From: Azolla caroliniana
Taxonomy: Eukaryota > Plantae > Polypodiophyta
Reading direction: 5' to 3'
Assembly (NCBI GenBank): GCA_043228905.1
Contig: JBHGNT010000003.1
Span: 5,704,001 to 5,768,000, forward strand
Length of the DNA stretch: 64,000 nucleotides
In this document: piece by piece, positions 11,491 through 23,830 of the stretch
Layout: each line of letters begins with the position of its first letter
Numbering within the stretch: the stretch's first letter is position 1
Position numbers and translations under genes: made by a program
Notes under the pieces: generated by a model
Database searches by the model: none
Told to the model about the DNA's origin: nothing
Seen by the model: the letters and a program-made list of their open reading frames with translations, nothing else

Positions 11491-12882
11491 AAGATTGAAT
11501 GAATGAAAGAAATGAAAGATCGTATTAAAGTGAAAGATGAATTATGCATACTTTATATCTCATATGTATATGAAAGTGACGGTTCTAATACCAAAAGTCA
11601 TATGATGAATTAAATGGGTTTTAGCCAAAGTTTACATTAACATAATCTTCAATCAAACTAAGTTTAGCTACAACCATAACATTTATTAAAACTCTCTCTC
11701 TCGCTCTTATTTGGTTGGGCCCCATTTAGTTGAAACAAGGTTCCTCATCCCCTTGTGGACGGAACAATGTCATTACACATGTCCATTTTTTGTGGCTTTT
11801 GGCACCATTTTCTCTCACATTGGGTATTTACGTGCACCATAAAGTCAAAGGCCTTGAGCATATTTTTAGACTTTCACAACCCATTGCCGTGTTTCCTTCT
11901 CCCCTCATTGACTTTTGATTATTCTCTAAGGAAATATGGATAAGATCTTGGCCATCTTGTTGTCCATCTATAAACATGATGGTGTATGTAAATCAGTTAA
12001 CAATAGAAATGTAAAATGCAAAAGGCTTGTTTTATATTTGTAAAATTAAGACCAATATTAAAATCTAGATAATTGTGTAATTAGGCTCATTATACATATG
12101 CATATTAGTTAAGAAGGTCTGAGGCTCGATTGTTGGCCACTACAAGCACAATGGCATAAAGTAAATATGCATTTGGCGTAAAATCAATAAAAACAACTTG
12201 TGCGTATTAGTAAACATCAAATAAAATCAACATTGCTAAACAACATCACCAATGGGCAAGCCATCATAGCTATGGCGATGCTCATGTTGTCGTGACCGTC
12301 TTCTTGGGAAGCCGAGCTCGCTCCGCTTTGGATATGAGATTCATTGCCAGCATACTTCTAGCATTATGGACAGTAATCTCTCAGCATAGTAATAGACATA
12401 GATCCAATCACAACCAATACCAATCCAAAAATCATCCCCAATCCAAGTACATTCACCATGAGAATATGCATCATGGATATGGTGCTCCATTGAGGCCTGC
12501 TTGTACCAATAGAATGATTAAAGTGTGGATGGGGAAGATGAGGATGTGAACAGAATCACGAGAGGAAGCATGCACAAAGAGAAACATAGTGAGAGAGAGA
12601 GAGAGAGAGCTCTATCGGTAATGGAATTGAGCATAACTATATGCGTTGGAAAGCCCTCGATTAGAGCTTCGTAACAAGATATAGCAAGTTAAATTTGGTG
12701 GTCTCTGTAAGAAGCAACAATTAAAATAAGGTCGTGTGTTGTTGACATCCACATACTCAACACACATTGTGGGTCTTCTATTGTATTCATCATCTTCGAC
12801 CTCTTCAATCGGGTGAGTTCCGGTTATCTTTCTTGTTCATGGAATTTTCTTTTTATCTTGGATCACTATCACATCAAGAATA

Positions 12883-15770
12883 ATGGATATAAACATGAAT
12901 TCCTCTCAAATTGTGGGGGAAAATGATATGGAAACAATTGATCCAAAGAAGAGTAATGTGATGGTTGAATGTAATCGTGAAAGGGAAGACATTGGAAGCT
13001 CTAAGAGGTTTAAAGACATTGAGGAAATTAATGAGAAAAAAGCGACATATGCCGAAGTAATACATGTAGATGAGGTTGACAAGGATCATTGTAATTGGGA
13101 TAATTTATCGGGAATTGCCAATACCTTATTGTCTGATATTGTGGAAGAAAATGAAAATGCAGCGAAAGAATGCAATGATGTGGATGTTGATGCTAAGGCA
13201 GTGTTGCAATCTTTTGATGTATTCTATGATCGTGCGGTTATATTGTTTTTTACCTGGAAACTCCCATACATTAATTGGATTAAACAATGGTTGAACACAA
13301 TCGTGTCACCAAATTGTGTTGAAAATATATATGCAGGACCACCAGGGTTTTATGATGTAGTGTTTCATTCACCGGAACATCGAAGTGCAGTGTTGGCTAA
13401 AGTTCCTGTGTTTTTTGATAAACGATTAGTGCATGTAATGCAATGGTCCCCCGTTGTGGACTATCATGCTTTGTTGAAACAAGAATGCCTTGTTCGGGTA
13501 ACAGTGGATTGTAAGCATGCTTTTTTATGGCCACTTTTACTAGAGTTGATGAGTCAAGTGGGTAAAGTGTTGGTATCTCCACATGCAAATGCTACAAATA
13601 AGTGCAGATTTTGTGTGTTATGGGTTACAAGTCGTAAGAGGCCAGGATGGGTGCGTATGAACACACCTGGAATGAAAAGACTTTGTTTTAAATTGAAGTG
13701 GGAGACATTTGCAAGTCACTGTTTTGGATGTGGTGAATGGGGTCACTTTATGGCAGAATGCCATCGTCATTGCCCTTCAACTATAGAGGTTCCTAATGAA
13801 GGGAAAGGTAAGGAAGGATTTGGGAGAGATGTTGGTGTGTCAGATATGGTGGTTGTTATGGATGAAGGAACATAATCTAGAGCAGGCTATAAAGAGGTTT
13901 CACTTCAAGGTTTGGGCCCTAAGAATAAGGGAACTCCATCTATGGATATGGAAAAACAAATTTTGGTGGTTATAGATAAGGGGAAAAACTGTTGGATAGA
14001 ACTAGTAATGATGTTGTTGTTGAAAAGGATTGGCATCAAGTTAAGGGCAAGTCGAAGGGCAAATCAATGAATATGCAACGTAATAGTTTGCCCACTACTT
14101 GTGGGACTACTTCGAAAAGTAATTCTGGAACTAGGGAGGGTCCTCGAAAAGGTCCTTGGCAAAGACAATTTAGGGATAAGGGATTACCCCTTCACCTTTA
14201 ATTTGATTCATTGGGATAGGTTGTTAATTCATCGAATTCTCGAGGTTTCCGTCAAGCGGGAGAACCTAAACAAAAGAGTTCGATAGACAACACTAATGAT
14301 GTGGTGCATGAAAATCCATATGCAACATTGGAACATGCTTTGACTAGTTTCATGACATCGGTTGCTCTAAAGGAGCAAGTGCACCCATAACATTGTTGAT
14401 TGAATGAAAGTGGTAACATGGAATGTGAGAGGAGCATGTTCTCCTCATAAGAAGTATTTATTATGGCAAATTGTGTTAAGTAAAGAATGGGATATATTAT
14501 GTGCAGTTGAGCATACGTGTCATGAGTTAGCAGGATCCATAGTTCATTTGCATGGATATTCATCATTCTATGCAGGACATCTTAATAATTATTATTCAGG
14601 TGTGGTATTAATTGTTCGGGATAAATATTATCCTCGGGTGGTGCATAATGATCCTTATGGTTAGTTTTTGGTTCTAGAAATCACTTTTTTTGGCGAGGTT
14701 GTGTGGGTGGTTGGGATTTATGCCCCTAACCAAGCCACTCAATGTATTGCATTATGGGGCTCACTCCATCAAACCCTATGTGTGGGCCGCCCAGGATTAC
14801 TTATGGGTGATTTTAACATGTGAGTTGATGCATCTCAATCTACGTCTGAACATTCAATCATGGATGATCCTGAGCAACTTGCTTGGGATTCATTGACTAT
14901 GGAGGTTCTGAAGTTGGATGTTTAGACATGGTTGCATGGGAATGATCCATGTTTTACTTTCCAATCCGCTCAACATAGATAAACATGGAGTCGGTTAGAT
15001 AGAATGTATGTGATGCACAATGATTCTTTTTTACTGACATCACTTCATATGACAGTTTTACAAGATGTAGGAACTTCAAATCACTTTCCTATTTGTTTGG
15101 AGTTTTGTGGTCATGCAATTGACATGTATAAATTGTTACTTGGAAAGCCTCCATTACGCTTTAACTCTTCTCTTTTGCTTCAACCTCACTTTGATTCTCT
15201 CATGGAGCAAATTTTGGTAAATTTTTGACAAGAAGTGAATCTTCAAGGAGTTAAAGCATGAGATATCACATTACGAAATATTAAGATCATTCATCATGGG
15301 AGCACAACAATTAAGCCTTTATGGTGGCAATTACTAAATGGATGTATTTCACTTAGGAATCCAGGCTCTACATGTGTTCAACACTTGGTTACCTCATGAC
15401 AAGAAGCACTCTTGTTATGTGGATGGAAACCATCATCAAGTAGAGAGCATTGTAATTCTTTGCAAAAAGAGTTACTTGTGTCTTCTCGGTTATTATGTTG
15501 GCCAGGAAAGGAGAGATTGCGCTCTCAATTTAATCGTTTGTTTCGTTTGGGGGTCATAGAGGTGGGAGATATAGTTGAGGCTCCATCTCAAATAATTTTG
15601 GAGTTTGTTGAAGCGCGACATATATTACGCATTCCGCCTAATTAGGGGTTTATTTGGCAACTAAAAAATATTCCATTGATGCAAGGTCCCTTACCTCTAC
15701 AAACAGGAGAACAATCGTTGATTGATTGGTATTTAAAGGGACAAATATCGTTGTTACAAGTGACTACTAG
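12883..15770 (+). mobile_element. Degenerate L1-like LINE (ORF1 plus endonuclease, RT region missing)
   Basis: ORF1 has a DUF4283-like region and the knuckle CFGCGEWGHFMAEC. ORF2 begins MKVVTWNVRG at 14404, with GDFN, SRLDRMY and SNHFPI endonuclease motifs and many stops. Confidence 0.8.
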
Positions 15771-15795
15771 TTTCCACAACTTAGTAAAAGAATCT

Positions 15796-15876
15796 CGACA
15801 ATTGCAAGATTTGAACTTACAAGGGCGAACCCATATGATTTCAAGTCAAACGTCTTAACCACTTGGCCAAATTGCC
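15796..15876 (-). pseudogene. Degraded tRNA-Ser(UGA) copy
   Basis: Aligns colinearly with 16361-16441 but carries many transitions, including in the acceptor stem and B box (GTTCAAATCT). Confidence 0.75.
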
Positions 15877-16360
15877 ATATTTGGTTGGCTTCTACCATGA
15901 AATAGTACAACTATTAATATTTTGGGCAATCCGTCTAATGATTATCTTAGTTGGCGTTATGTTAATGCAAAAATATTCGGTTATATTAGGAAGTTTTGAA
16001 AATATGGAGTCGGGCTAATATTGACACATTTGGCTCTAGGGGTTAAATATTCATGATAGATGTCGCCTCTCTAAATTGGGATATGTATTGGTTTGCCACA
16101 CAATGACTCAATGTAAATCAACGATGGCAACATCAAAGATTCTAAAAGAAAGTCTAGAAATGTAGGATTCCAAGCTCCAAGAAGCAAACATTTGATTTTG
16201 AATCAACCACCATAAGTAGTCGGGAAAATGGTTTCTAGTTTTCATGAATCGATTTGAGTATTGTGCACACTAAAATGTTGGAGATATTATCTATCTAAGC
16301 TAGATAATAAGCAAACCAAAAACGCACGAAGGAGTAGTTATTCTTAAGGGAAAAGAATGT

Positions 16361-16441
16361 CGACAACTGCAGGATTCGAACCTACGAGGGCGAACCCATT
16401 TCATTTCAAGTCAAACGCCTTAACCACTCGGCCAAGTTGTC
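16361..16441 (-). tRNA. tRNA-Ser(UGA), possibly a young pseudogene
   Basis: GACAACT TGGCCGAGTGGTTAAGGCG TTTGA CTTGAAA TGAAA TGGGTTCGCCCTC GTAGG TTCGAAT CCTGC AGTTGTC G. The 7-bp acceptor stem, A and B boxes, long variable arm and G73 are intact; there is one mismatch in the anticodon stem. Confidence 0.75.
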
Positions 16442-16570
16442 CTATTTTGCAATTAATGATAGTTACATATTTTAGTATTATTTCGAATTAAATGTTGCAA
16501 ATATTATCTATCTAAGCATGCTAATAAAGCAAAAAACAGGACAATTATAAGTCTTTATTTTTTGGGTAGC

Positions 16571-16708
16571 GATACAATTTAGCCCCTTTCTCCAATCCCT
16601 GGGGAACCTAATATTAACACATGGGACATTAAAAGTCATGATACGATTTAGCCCCTTTCTCCAATCCCTGGGGAACCTAATATTAACACATGGGACATTA
16701 AAAGTCAT
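16571..16708. repeat. 69-bp tandem duplication (2 copies)
   Basis: GATAC(A/G)ATTTAGCCCCTTTCTCCAATCC...AAAAGTCAT starts at 16571 and again at 16640. Confidence 0.9.
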
Positions 16709-16709
16709 G

Positions 16710-17360
16710 TTTCCTCTATGGGAGTCTTGCTAATGCTTCCGAAATGGTTGCTTTGTTTCACAACAAATATCCCCATAAGCAAAGTCTGAAATCTTGTCTT
16801 CCAACCAATGGAACTCGTTGTCGAAAAGGGGGGATAATGTCATGAAGACATACATTTTGGCCTTACAAGGATTCAAGCCCAAGACGTCTTGGTCTATACG
16901 TTAGACCTTTAACCATTATAATAACATATATGATATATATTTATAATAAATATATTATTAGTTATTACAAGAGATATAGAGTATTCTAGAAGAATCTAGA
17001 GTATTCTAGAACATTCTAGGATATTCCATGATTATATTAAATATCATAAATATCTAAAATATCCTAAAACATTCTAGAATACTCCATAAGGACCTATAAA
17101 TAGGTGTCTATTCATTCATCACAACTCATTCGGTTCAACACCAATGTTTAGCCGTTAGCCTACTCTTTGTAACCTTGTTTCCTGAAAAGAATAGCGTGTG
17201 GAAGCAATAGAAAACTGAACATAGAAAATACGCAGGTTGTAATGTAGCGGAAGGTGAGCGTATATGTGTATGTGTATAATAGCAGAGAGACAGAGACAGA
17301 GACAGAGACAGAGATAAACAAATGTATATATCATATTATCAACACAAGATACATCCAACA
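16710..17360 (+). mobile_element. Chromovirus 3' end: chromodomain tail, PPT and LTR (16838-17360)
   Basis: LANASEMVALFHNKYPHK resembles the tail HLKHAPDIVRAFHERYPQK of the element at 1587-3250. PPT AAAAGGGGGGA-TAA then TGTCATGAAGAC, TATAAATAGG at 17095, ending CCAACA. Confidence 0.75.
16978..17085. promoter_or_regulatory. Heat shock element array upstream of the LTR TATA box
   Basis: 10-bp-periodic TTCTAGAA-type units, including a perfect TTCtaGAAcaTTC at 17004-17016, directly upstream of TATAAATAG. Confidence 0.65.
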
Positions 17361-17479
17361 TTAACTAAATTACAATGGTTTGGTTTATATACCAACTAAG
17401 CTAGGGCAAGCGCCCTTTCTACTATTTACAAAACTAGCCTGGAATGTTAATAAGCTAGTGTGAAACCTATCTATGGGAA

Positions 17480-17827
17480 GTTGAGTTCGATTCTCAACAG
17501 GACCATTATGATAGGTCATACACTCGCTAAACTATATGGTGCAGTAATGGAAGCGGAGCTCAGCGATTATATGGAAACATTAAGTCTTTGAGCACTTGAG
17601 CAGGCTGGCTTTAGACGAGCCTTCTCCACTATTGACCATATCTTCACACTTAGGTGCTTAATTGACCAGACGAACACTCGTAAGAAAAAACTATATTCTT
17701 GCTTTGTGGACTTCCACAAAGCCTTTGACACAGTTCCTAGGGAGAAGTTGTTTGATAGACTTAAGAGCTTGGAGATACCAAATGACATGATCTGGGCCAT
17801 TTATGCCCTATATGAGCAGGTCTCTAG
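17480..17827 (+). mobile_element. Non-LTR (RTE-like) reverse transcriptase fragment
   Basis: RTIMIGHTLAKLYG...EQAGFRRAFSTIDHIFTLRCLI...CFVDFHKAFDTVPR. Confidence 0.8.
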
Positions 17828-18414
17828 GTACGTTGTCGTGATGTTTTCGACGCATAGTGTGAAACCACCCTCAAAAGAGAATAAAATAGTGGTCCAAATA
17901 AACTAATTTTCTTAGGTCAACTATAGTAATAAATGAAAGGATAAAAAGTTAGATGAGGTTTTCGAAAATAGACAAAAATAGAGAAAAAGATGGCAAAAGA
18001 AAAGCTAGCCGTGGATATGAGGAACAAGGTCGAGTAAATAGCTCATAATTTCCTCGTCAAATGTCCAAATTAGAAAAGAAAAGATGCATAAGAAAGCTAA
18101 CGTAAAGAGCTTTCGAAGAATATCTTGCATGTGAAATTTGAGGCTAGAAAACAGAAATAGTGAGGAAACAGGAAAAGTCGACTCATATAGACAAGCTTTT
18201 TTTTAGGGGAAAATGGCAGGCAAACCTAAACCTATAAATAAGAACCTATTCTAGAGAAGAAGGAGGGGGGAGAAGGAACACAGAAGCTCTATTCAATTGG
18301 AAAGCGGAAGAAGAAGGATCAACAACATCGAGAGGCATCATCAACAAAGAAACTCCTTCTATATTCCACTCTCTTCAAATCTGATCATGGGTGGTGGCAA
18401 ATCTTACAACGTAG

Positions 18415-19019
18415 TTGACATTCTAAATTGCCACTTGTAGCAAAGGTCTTCATTTGGAGAGTTTTGATTGGAGGACTGCCTTTGGGATTAGCTCTAAAGC
18501 GTCGTGGATTAGCAACGAGTAATTGCTTTTTTTACATTGTTCAAATGGAAGATAGTACTCATCGATTTATACAATGTCCGATTGCTTCTCAGATTTGGAG
18601 TTACATTTCTCAAATTTGGCAAGTTTTATCACGGTGTTATTTAACACCTAGATAGTGGGTGTTTGCACAATTTACACAGGTGGACCCAAAATCAAAGATG
18701 GAGATTGTTTTTCTATTTCTGAGATATTGGGAATTGCGTCATAATTGGAATATGTGCAACGCTTTTTGTATTCAATGGTAGACATGGAGTGAAAGCATAT
18801 CTACGAAAGTTGAAGGGAGTACTAATGTGGCAATTTTCTTTATTGGAACAAGTGGAAATTCTTTCCTCGGTAGAGTGTTCGTCTTGCCTATTAGCAATTC
18901 AACATGTTCCACTACCCATGTAGTGTAGTGTGGTTAGTGTGTGACCATACTCCATTGTCACACGTATTATAAGTAGTGTTTTTCACACACATTTATTAAT
19001 ATAATTGTGTGTTTTCACC

Positions 19020-19022
<3 letters not shown>
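18415..19022 (+). mobile_element. LINE 3' end (zf-RVT region)
   Basis: PLVAKVFIWRVLIGGLPLG...NCFF...EDSTHRFIQCP. It ends in a short A tract next to a (GA)n run at 19023-19075. Confidence 0.7.
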
Positions 19023-19075
<53 letters not shown>

Positions 19076-19277
19076 TACGACTTTGATCAAGTGAAAGACA
19101 TGCACTCGGTGCAACATACCTAGAAAGAAAATATTAATTTCTTTTAGCTACAAAGCCCATGTAGGGGTAGTGAAGGAATACAAAAGTTTTCACGAAATGT
19201 AAGCTTTCCAAACCAATGAGAAAATGTTAATGATCAAAATGCTTATAGAAGGATATACTTTAGCCTTGTGGAAACGA

Positions 19278-22200
19278 CTATTTTCTTTTACAGTGTGTCT
19301 CACATAACCATGCAACTTGAGTTCTCCCGTCAACTTCATAGTTGGTACGTTTAAGAAGGAACTTCTTAGCTATGTTCTCATCTGTCAAACCTCCATTTTC
19401 CTCCAATATCAATGCCAAAAAATTTTGCCACTCTTTGGAAGCAGACTCTAATGTACTTAGATATCTATCTTTGTTTGATTTAATAGTATTTTGTATCATG
19501 GGGTATCCATTTGCTAGTTGTTTGAATTGGGAGGACCAATTAGGAATCGAGGACCAATTAGGAATCAAGGAGGTTGCAGCTGGAACCACAGAGGAAATAC
19601 CGAGTCTTGCACCTATTATTAGAACACGAAAGAAACCATTGATATAAGGAAGAGCTTTATTTAGAGTCTTTAATCGAGACTCTGACAAGCAGGTGAGGGT
19701 GATACCAAGTTGGTGTTTCACTGGATGTGGAAATCTCTTATGTTCACAATATAAATGGATTGTCACAAATTCCCCTTCCAAAAGTTGAGCCACGAATCTC
19801 ACAAGTCTTGGGAATGTTGACTTACGAAATTCAAACATAAGGAAGGCAACACGAGGGAGCTGTTTCTCAGCTTCATTCTCTAGAACCATCTCCAAAAGCT
19901 TGCTTACAGATTTCTCAACCTTGATAATAACATCTTTCTTCATACATTGAAGTTCTTTGTGTATTTCTTTTAGCGTCTTGGTCATTTGATCCATCTTATG
20001 ATGTAGTTCATCGATCTTACGATGAAAACTTAACATTGACCTTACCATAAACTTACTGTATTGTACCTCAACCGTTTCTTCTGATGTTTGACCTTCTTGC
20101 ATCAAATCATTTTCAAGGTTGGTCATGACCACATTTTCCTGACTTTGATATTGCCTAGATACATTGACTTCATTATTCTCCAACAATGCATCCTCCACCT
20201 CCACCTTCAACCATTGTTTACATGAGTTGAGAACCTCCTCATAATACTCCAACCCTAAGAGATCTATCAAAGCACTTCTTAGAGGAATAGGCATATGCTT
20301 GGTCCGTTTCCAATCATAAAATTCTTGCTCGCCTTCCTCAAGTTTTTCACGTAGTTGTTCCTTTAAGTAAGTTATTTTCAGGCATCGATCTTCTCTTTCT
20401 TGTGCATTTGATGGATCACGTAAGCAATCGGGTCGTATGACGCTCTCGATCAGCTTAACCCCTTGGATGCCAGTGGGTTGTGCACAAATTGTGATCAAGG
20501 TGTTAAGGATACGCTTTTCCACAAATGCTAATGTACTTAGCGTATTTTCATTAGTATTATTTTGAGCCCGAACCAATACATCTATCACATAGCTTGACTT
20601 TGCTTGGCATAAGATAATGATTATCTCACTACGTGGAAAAAGTATAGATATGAAATCCTTGCCCAAAGTGACCTCAGCTTTATCATCCTCAGATTGGAAG
20701 ACATTCTTAAATATCACTTGAATCCTGGGAAACAGGCCTGGTGTAAGAAATGTGCGGATTCTGTTCTCACACTCTAGTCTTCTGCCCATGTACACTAAAG
20801 TATTCTCACTATCATCTATTGGAGTCCATTGGGGCTGTTCCCCAACCTCATCCTTGGACAATATGGCAGGGATAAATATCCACTCCGCTATCGTATTGGG
20901 GACTTTGGGAACTTTGCAACATAAGTGCATGGCTTCCATCAATTCTACCAATATTGAGCCATTTAATTTAGATCCTGTAATGGATACAAACTTCCGCTCT
21001 AAGAAATCCCGAGGTAAGTATCCATTTTTAAATGTAATGTTACCCTTACGTGATCCTTTTGAATTTGGGAAACCAATGAGGCTGCCCATGATCTCATTGC
21101 AGAACCAGTTGGGATTGAGAACTATGTGCTTGATTCCGTTTATGTAGATGATGTTGCCCGACTCATTCAAGGATAAAGCGATTATATTTAGCTTAGCTTT
21201 GTCACTCGTGAGATTGGAGAACTGACCATAGATATTGCAGATTTCGCTGAATTGCGTCCATGTAATGATTTGTTCATTACTGCTCTTTGAATAATTCCAG
21301 AGATGTTTGCTTACCTGCGTGCAAATGTCGTAGAGCTCAATACCTTCGAGCACCTCTTTGGCAATTCGGAAAATACATTCTCCTACAGCTTTGACAGAAT
21401 CCTTCTTTCTCGCATCCACTAAAAATGGAGGGTGGACGATGTCAATCACCCATTTAAATTCTTTCTGAAGAGATTCAATGGAAGATGAGAGAGAGCTTGA
21501 GACAGACTCCATTTGGTCTGATCGCGTGAATACCACGATCATTTTGAGGGCAAGGTTGGATTGACGGCTTTTGGAGGCCAGGAACTTGAGCCAGTACCTG
21601 AAGCTTGCTTCGAAGTCCCCGGCGCTTTTCTTTGCGCCTCTGTCGCTACTTTCGCTATCCATGGGGCTCCAAACGAACATGAACATGGATGGAACATGAT
21701 AAGAGCTTGATCCTATGTCTGGGAACATCGAGTCATGGAATGCGTGGAACTGTTGTTGGCCTGCCATGTCCCACACAGACACTCCGATTCCATCATTCTT
21801 GATGGCCTGCACCTCGATTCCTTGTGTGCGCTCTCCTGTAAACAGGGCTTTCAGCTTATCTGCCTTGCGGCCATAGATGGAACGCATGGTGCATACAAGG
21901 GTAGTCTTTCCTGCACAAATTCAAATGCACTGCAAAGTGTTAGTGTGCTTATCTCCATCAATCTAGGCTAACTGTTTTTCAAAAAAAATGAGAGTGTGTT
22001 CTGTGTTTTTTGTTTTTACCTGCGAATGGATCCCCACAGATGAACAGTCGAATGGAAGTCGCAGGCACTCGCTTCAGATCTGATCCCAAGAAGAAATTGT
22101 GCTGGTTCCTCCATAGCTGGGCCTTGACAGCAGCGTCCTTAGAGTTGGAATATTCGAAGAATGGAAGGCCGGAGCGAGAAAGAGCATCCAGCACCGCACC

Positions 22201-23166
22201 AATAGTAGCTTCGCTGAATTCGACTGAAAGGAGTAACCCTAACTTAAGGCTGTATAGTTGAGGAGGTGCGGCAGGAGGTCTGGCATCTGCCTCCACCTCC
22301 TTCTTTGCGGGTGCAAGGTGCTCCATGAATTCCTTCAGGTCCTTCTCTCCATTATCAGAGCTCTCTAAAGAGAGCTCTTTGAGATTCGGCCAGTGGTGCA
22401 GGAAACCGGTGCACCTTCTCCAGTCCATGGGTTTCGAATAGATATGCAGTCTCTGGAGGGAGGCAGCAAGGGGTGAATCTGAGGGATGAAGGCCTGCTAA
22501 TTTTCCTGCAAACTCTGGGGAAATCTCCACAGACTGAAGATGGAGGCTAACGAGGGAGGCAAAGTGGCCTAACACCTCTATGCACTCATCGCTAATCTTC
22601 ATGAAATGCAGGGAAAGATGCTCGAGGTTATTGGCTTCCTTAAGGGCACTCAGAAGACCATGAGCATCCATGGATCCATTTTCTCCGCGGATGAGCAGGG
22701 TCTGAGGTGTGGCATCCCCCTTGGCAGCGAGGGAGAGAGCCTCGATCCAAGCTATGTTTTCTTCTTGGGTGAGATTCTTGAGGTCCAGGAGATGGAGAGC
22801 CCGGCCGGTGAGATTGGCGGCAGCCGTGAGGATAGCGATTCTTTGCTTGGGAGTGAGATCGGAGCCTCCTACGTCCACCATCATGTCTTTGCCCCTCCAT
22901 TCTCGCCGTGGTGGAGCAATCACAGAATACGAAGGATAGATTATGCCCTTCACGTCGGCATCTTCCCTCATGGTGGTCGTGTCGACGAGGAACAGGTTCT
23001 CGACATTATCCATGCCGAGCCTAGTAACTAACTGATCATCGTGAGAGAGCTTATCCAAGTGATGGTGAAGCCGATCTCTCGATTTCTTGCACGCACTCTC
23101 AATCTCTTCGGGCTCCCAATGCGTGAGGTAGGTGCTCTGACGCGATGGAAGTATCTTGTGCTTCAT
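19278..23166 (-). CDS. TORNADO1-like LRR-Roc-COR (Roco) GTPase, 1259 aa, two exons (23166-22020 and 21910-19278)
   Basis: The GT..AG intron at 22019-21911 rebuilds the P-loop LFICGDPFAG/KTTL. G2 TQGIEV, G3 WDMAGQQQFHAFHDSMFP, G4 VFTRSD, G5 VDAR. COR motifs IVLNPNWFC, YMGRRLEC and FLTPGLFPRIQV; coiled coil; IHLYCEH..PH; terminal WLCETHC. Degenerate LRRs (LEHLSL, LVSLHL, LQRLHI, LKELSL) in exon 1. Confidence 0.9.
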
Positions 23167-23549
23167 GGGATGAATTTGATCAATGTCACTCTCTTTGTTT
23201 CAATGGAGTTTGAAAGCTGGAATCTTTGTGTATGTAAGAGACAAGCTCAGTTCAATGGAGATGAATGTAGGCGAGATAGATACATTGGTTTGTTATCTTC
23301 TTTGGTTTATGTCTTGTATGTAGTTCAAAATACATATGTATAAAGAAGTGGATGATACAATCCATGTTAACATTTCTCTGGTTGGACCCCACTTGAGTTG
23401 ACACTTTTGTACTTTGTGGCCCCCACTTGGTTGACATTTCTCATGATTGGATGTCTTATGTGACTTTTGGGGCCTTCCGAGTACATGTTTTTGGTTGAGT
23501 TGGACGGAGAGTAGTTTAAAGTGCCATCATTAGCATGTTTGATGGAACA

Positions 23550-23830
23550 CAATTGAAACGATGAATGAGAAAAAGAATGAATCGATTAATTTTTTACATG
23601 CCATTCCCAGTGGCTTTTAGCATTGTGGTTTGTTATCCCATTGGGGGTGTACTTTTGCCATTATTAGCGCGTTTGAAGAGATGCAATTGAAACCATATTC
23701 GAATGGGAAACGACAAAACAAATTGATGATGAATGAGAAAAAGAAGGATTTATTGATTTTTTAGATGCCATTTCAAGTGGCTTTTAGCATCTTGGTTGGC
23801 AATCCTGTTGGAGGGTGTACTTGTGCCATA
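23550..23830. repeat. Diverged ~110-bp duplication upstream of the Roco gene
   Basis: GATGAATGAGAAAAAGAA...GTGGCTTTTAGCAT...GGGTGTACTT..GCCAT occurs at about 23560 and about 23728. Confidence 0.7.

Noticed and set aside
12230-12560. Minus-strand hydrophobic mini-ORF (MMHILMVNVLGLGMIFGLVLVVIGS...)
   Set aside because: It is under 40 codons, ends in stops and has no recognisable homology.
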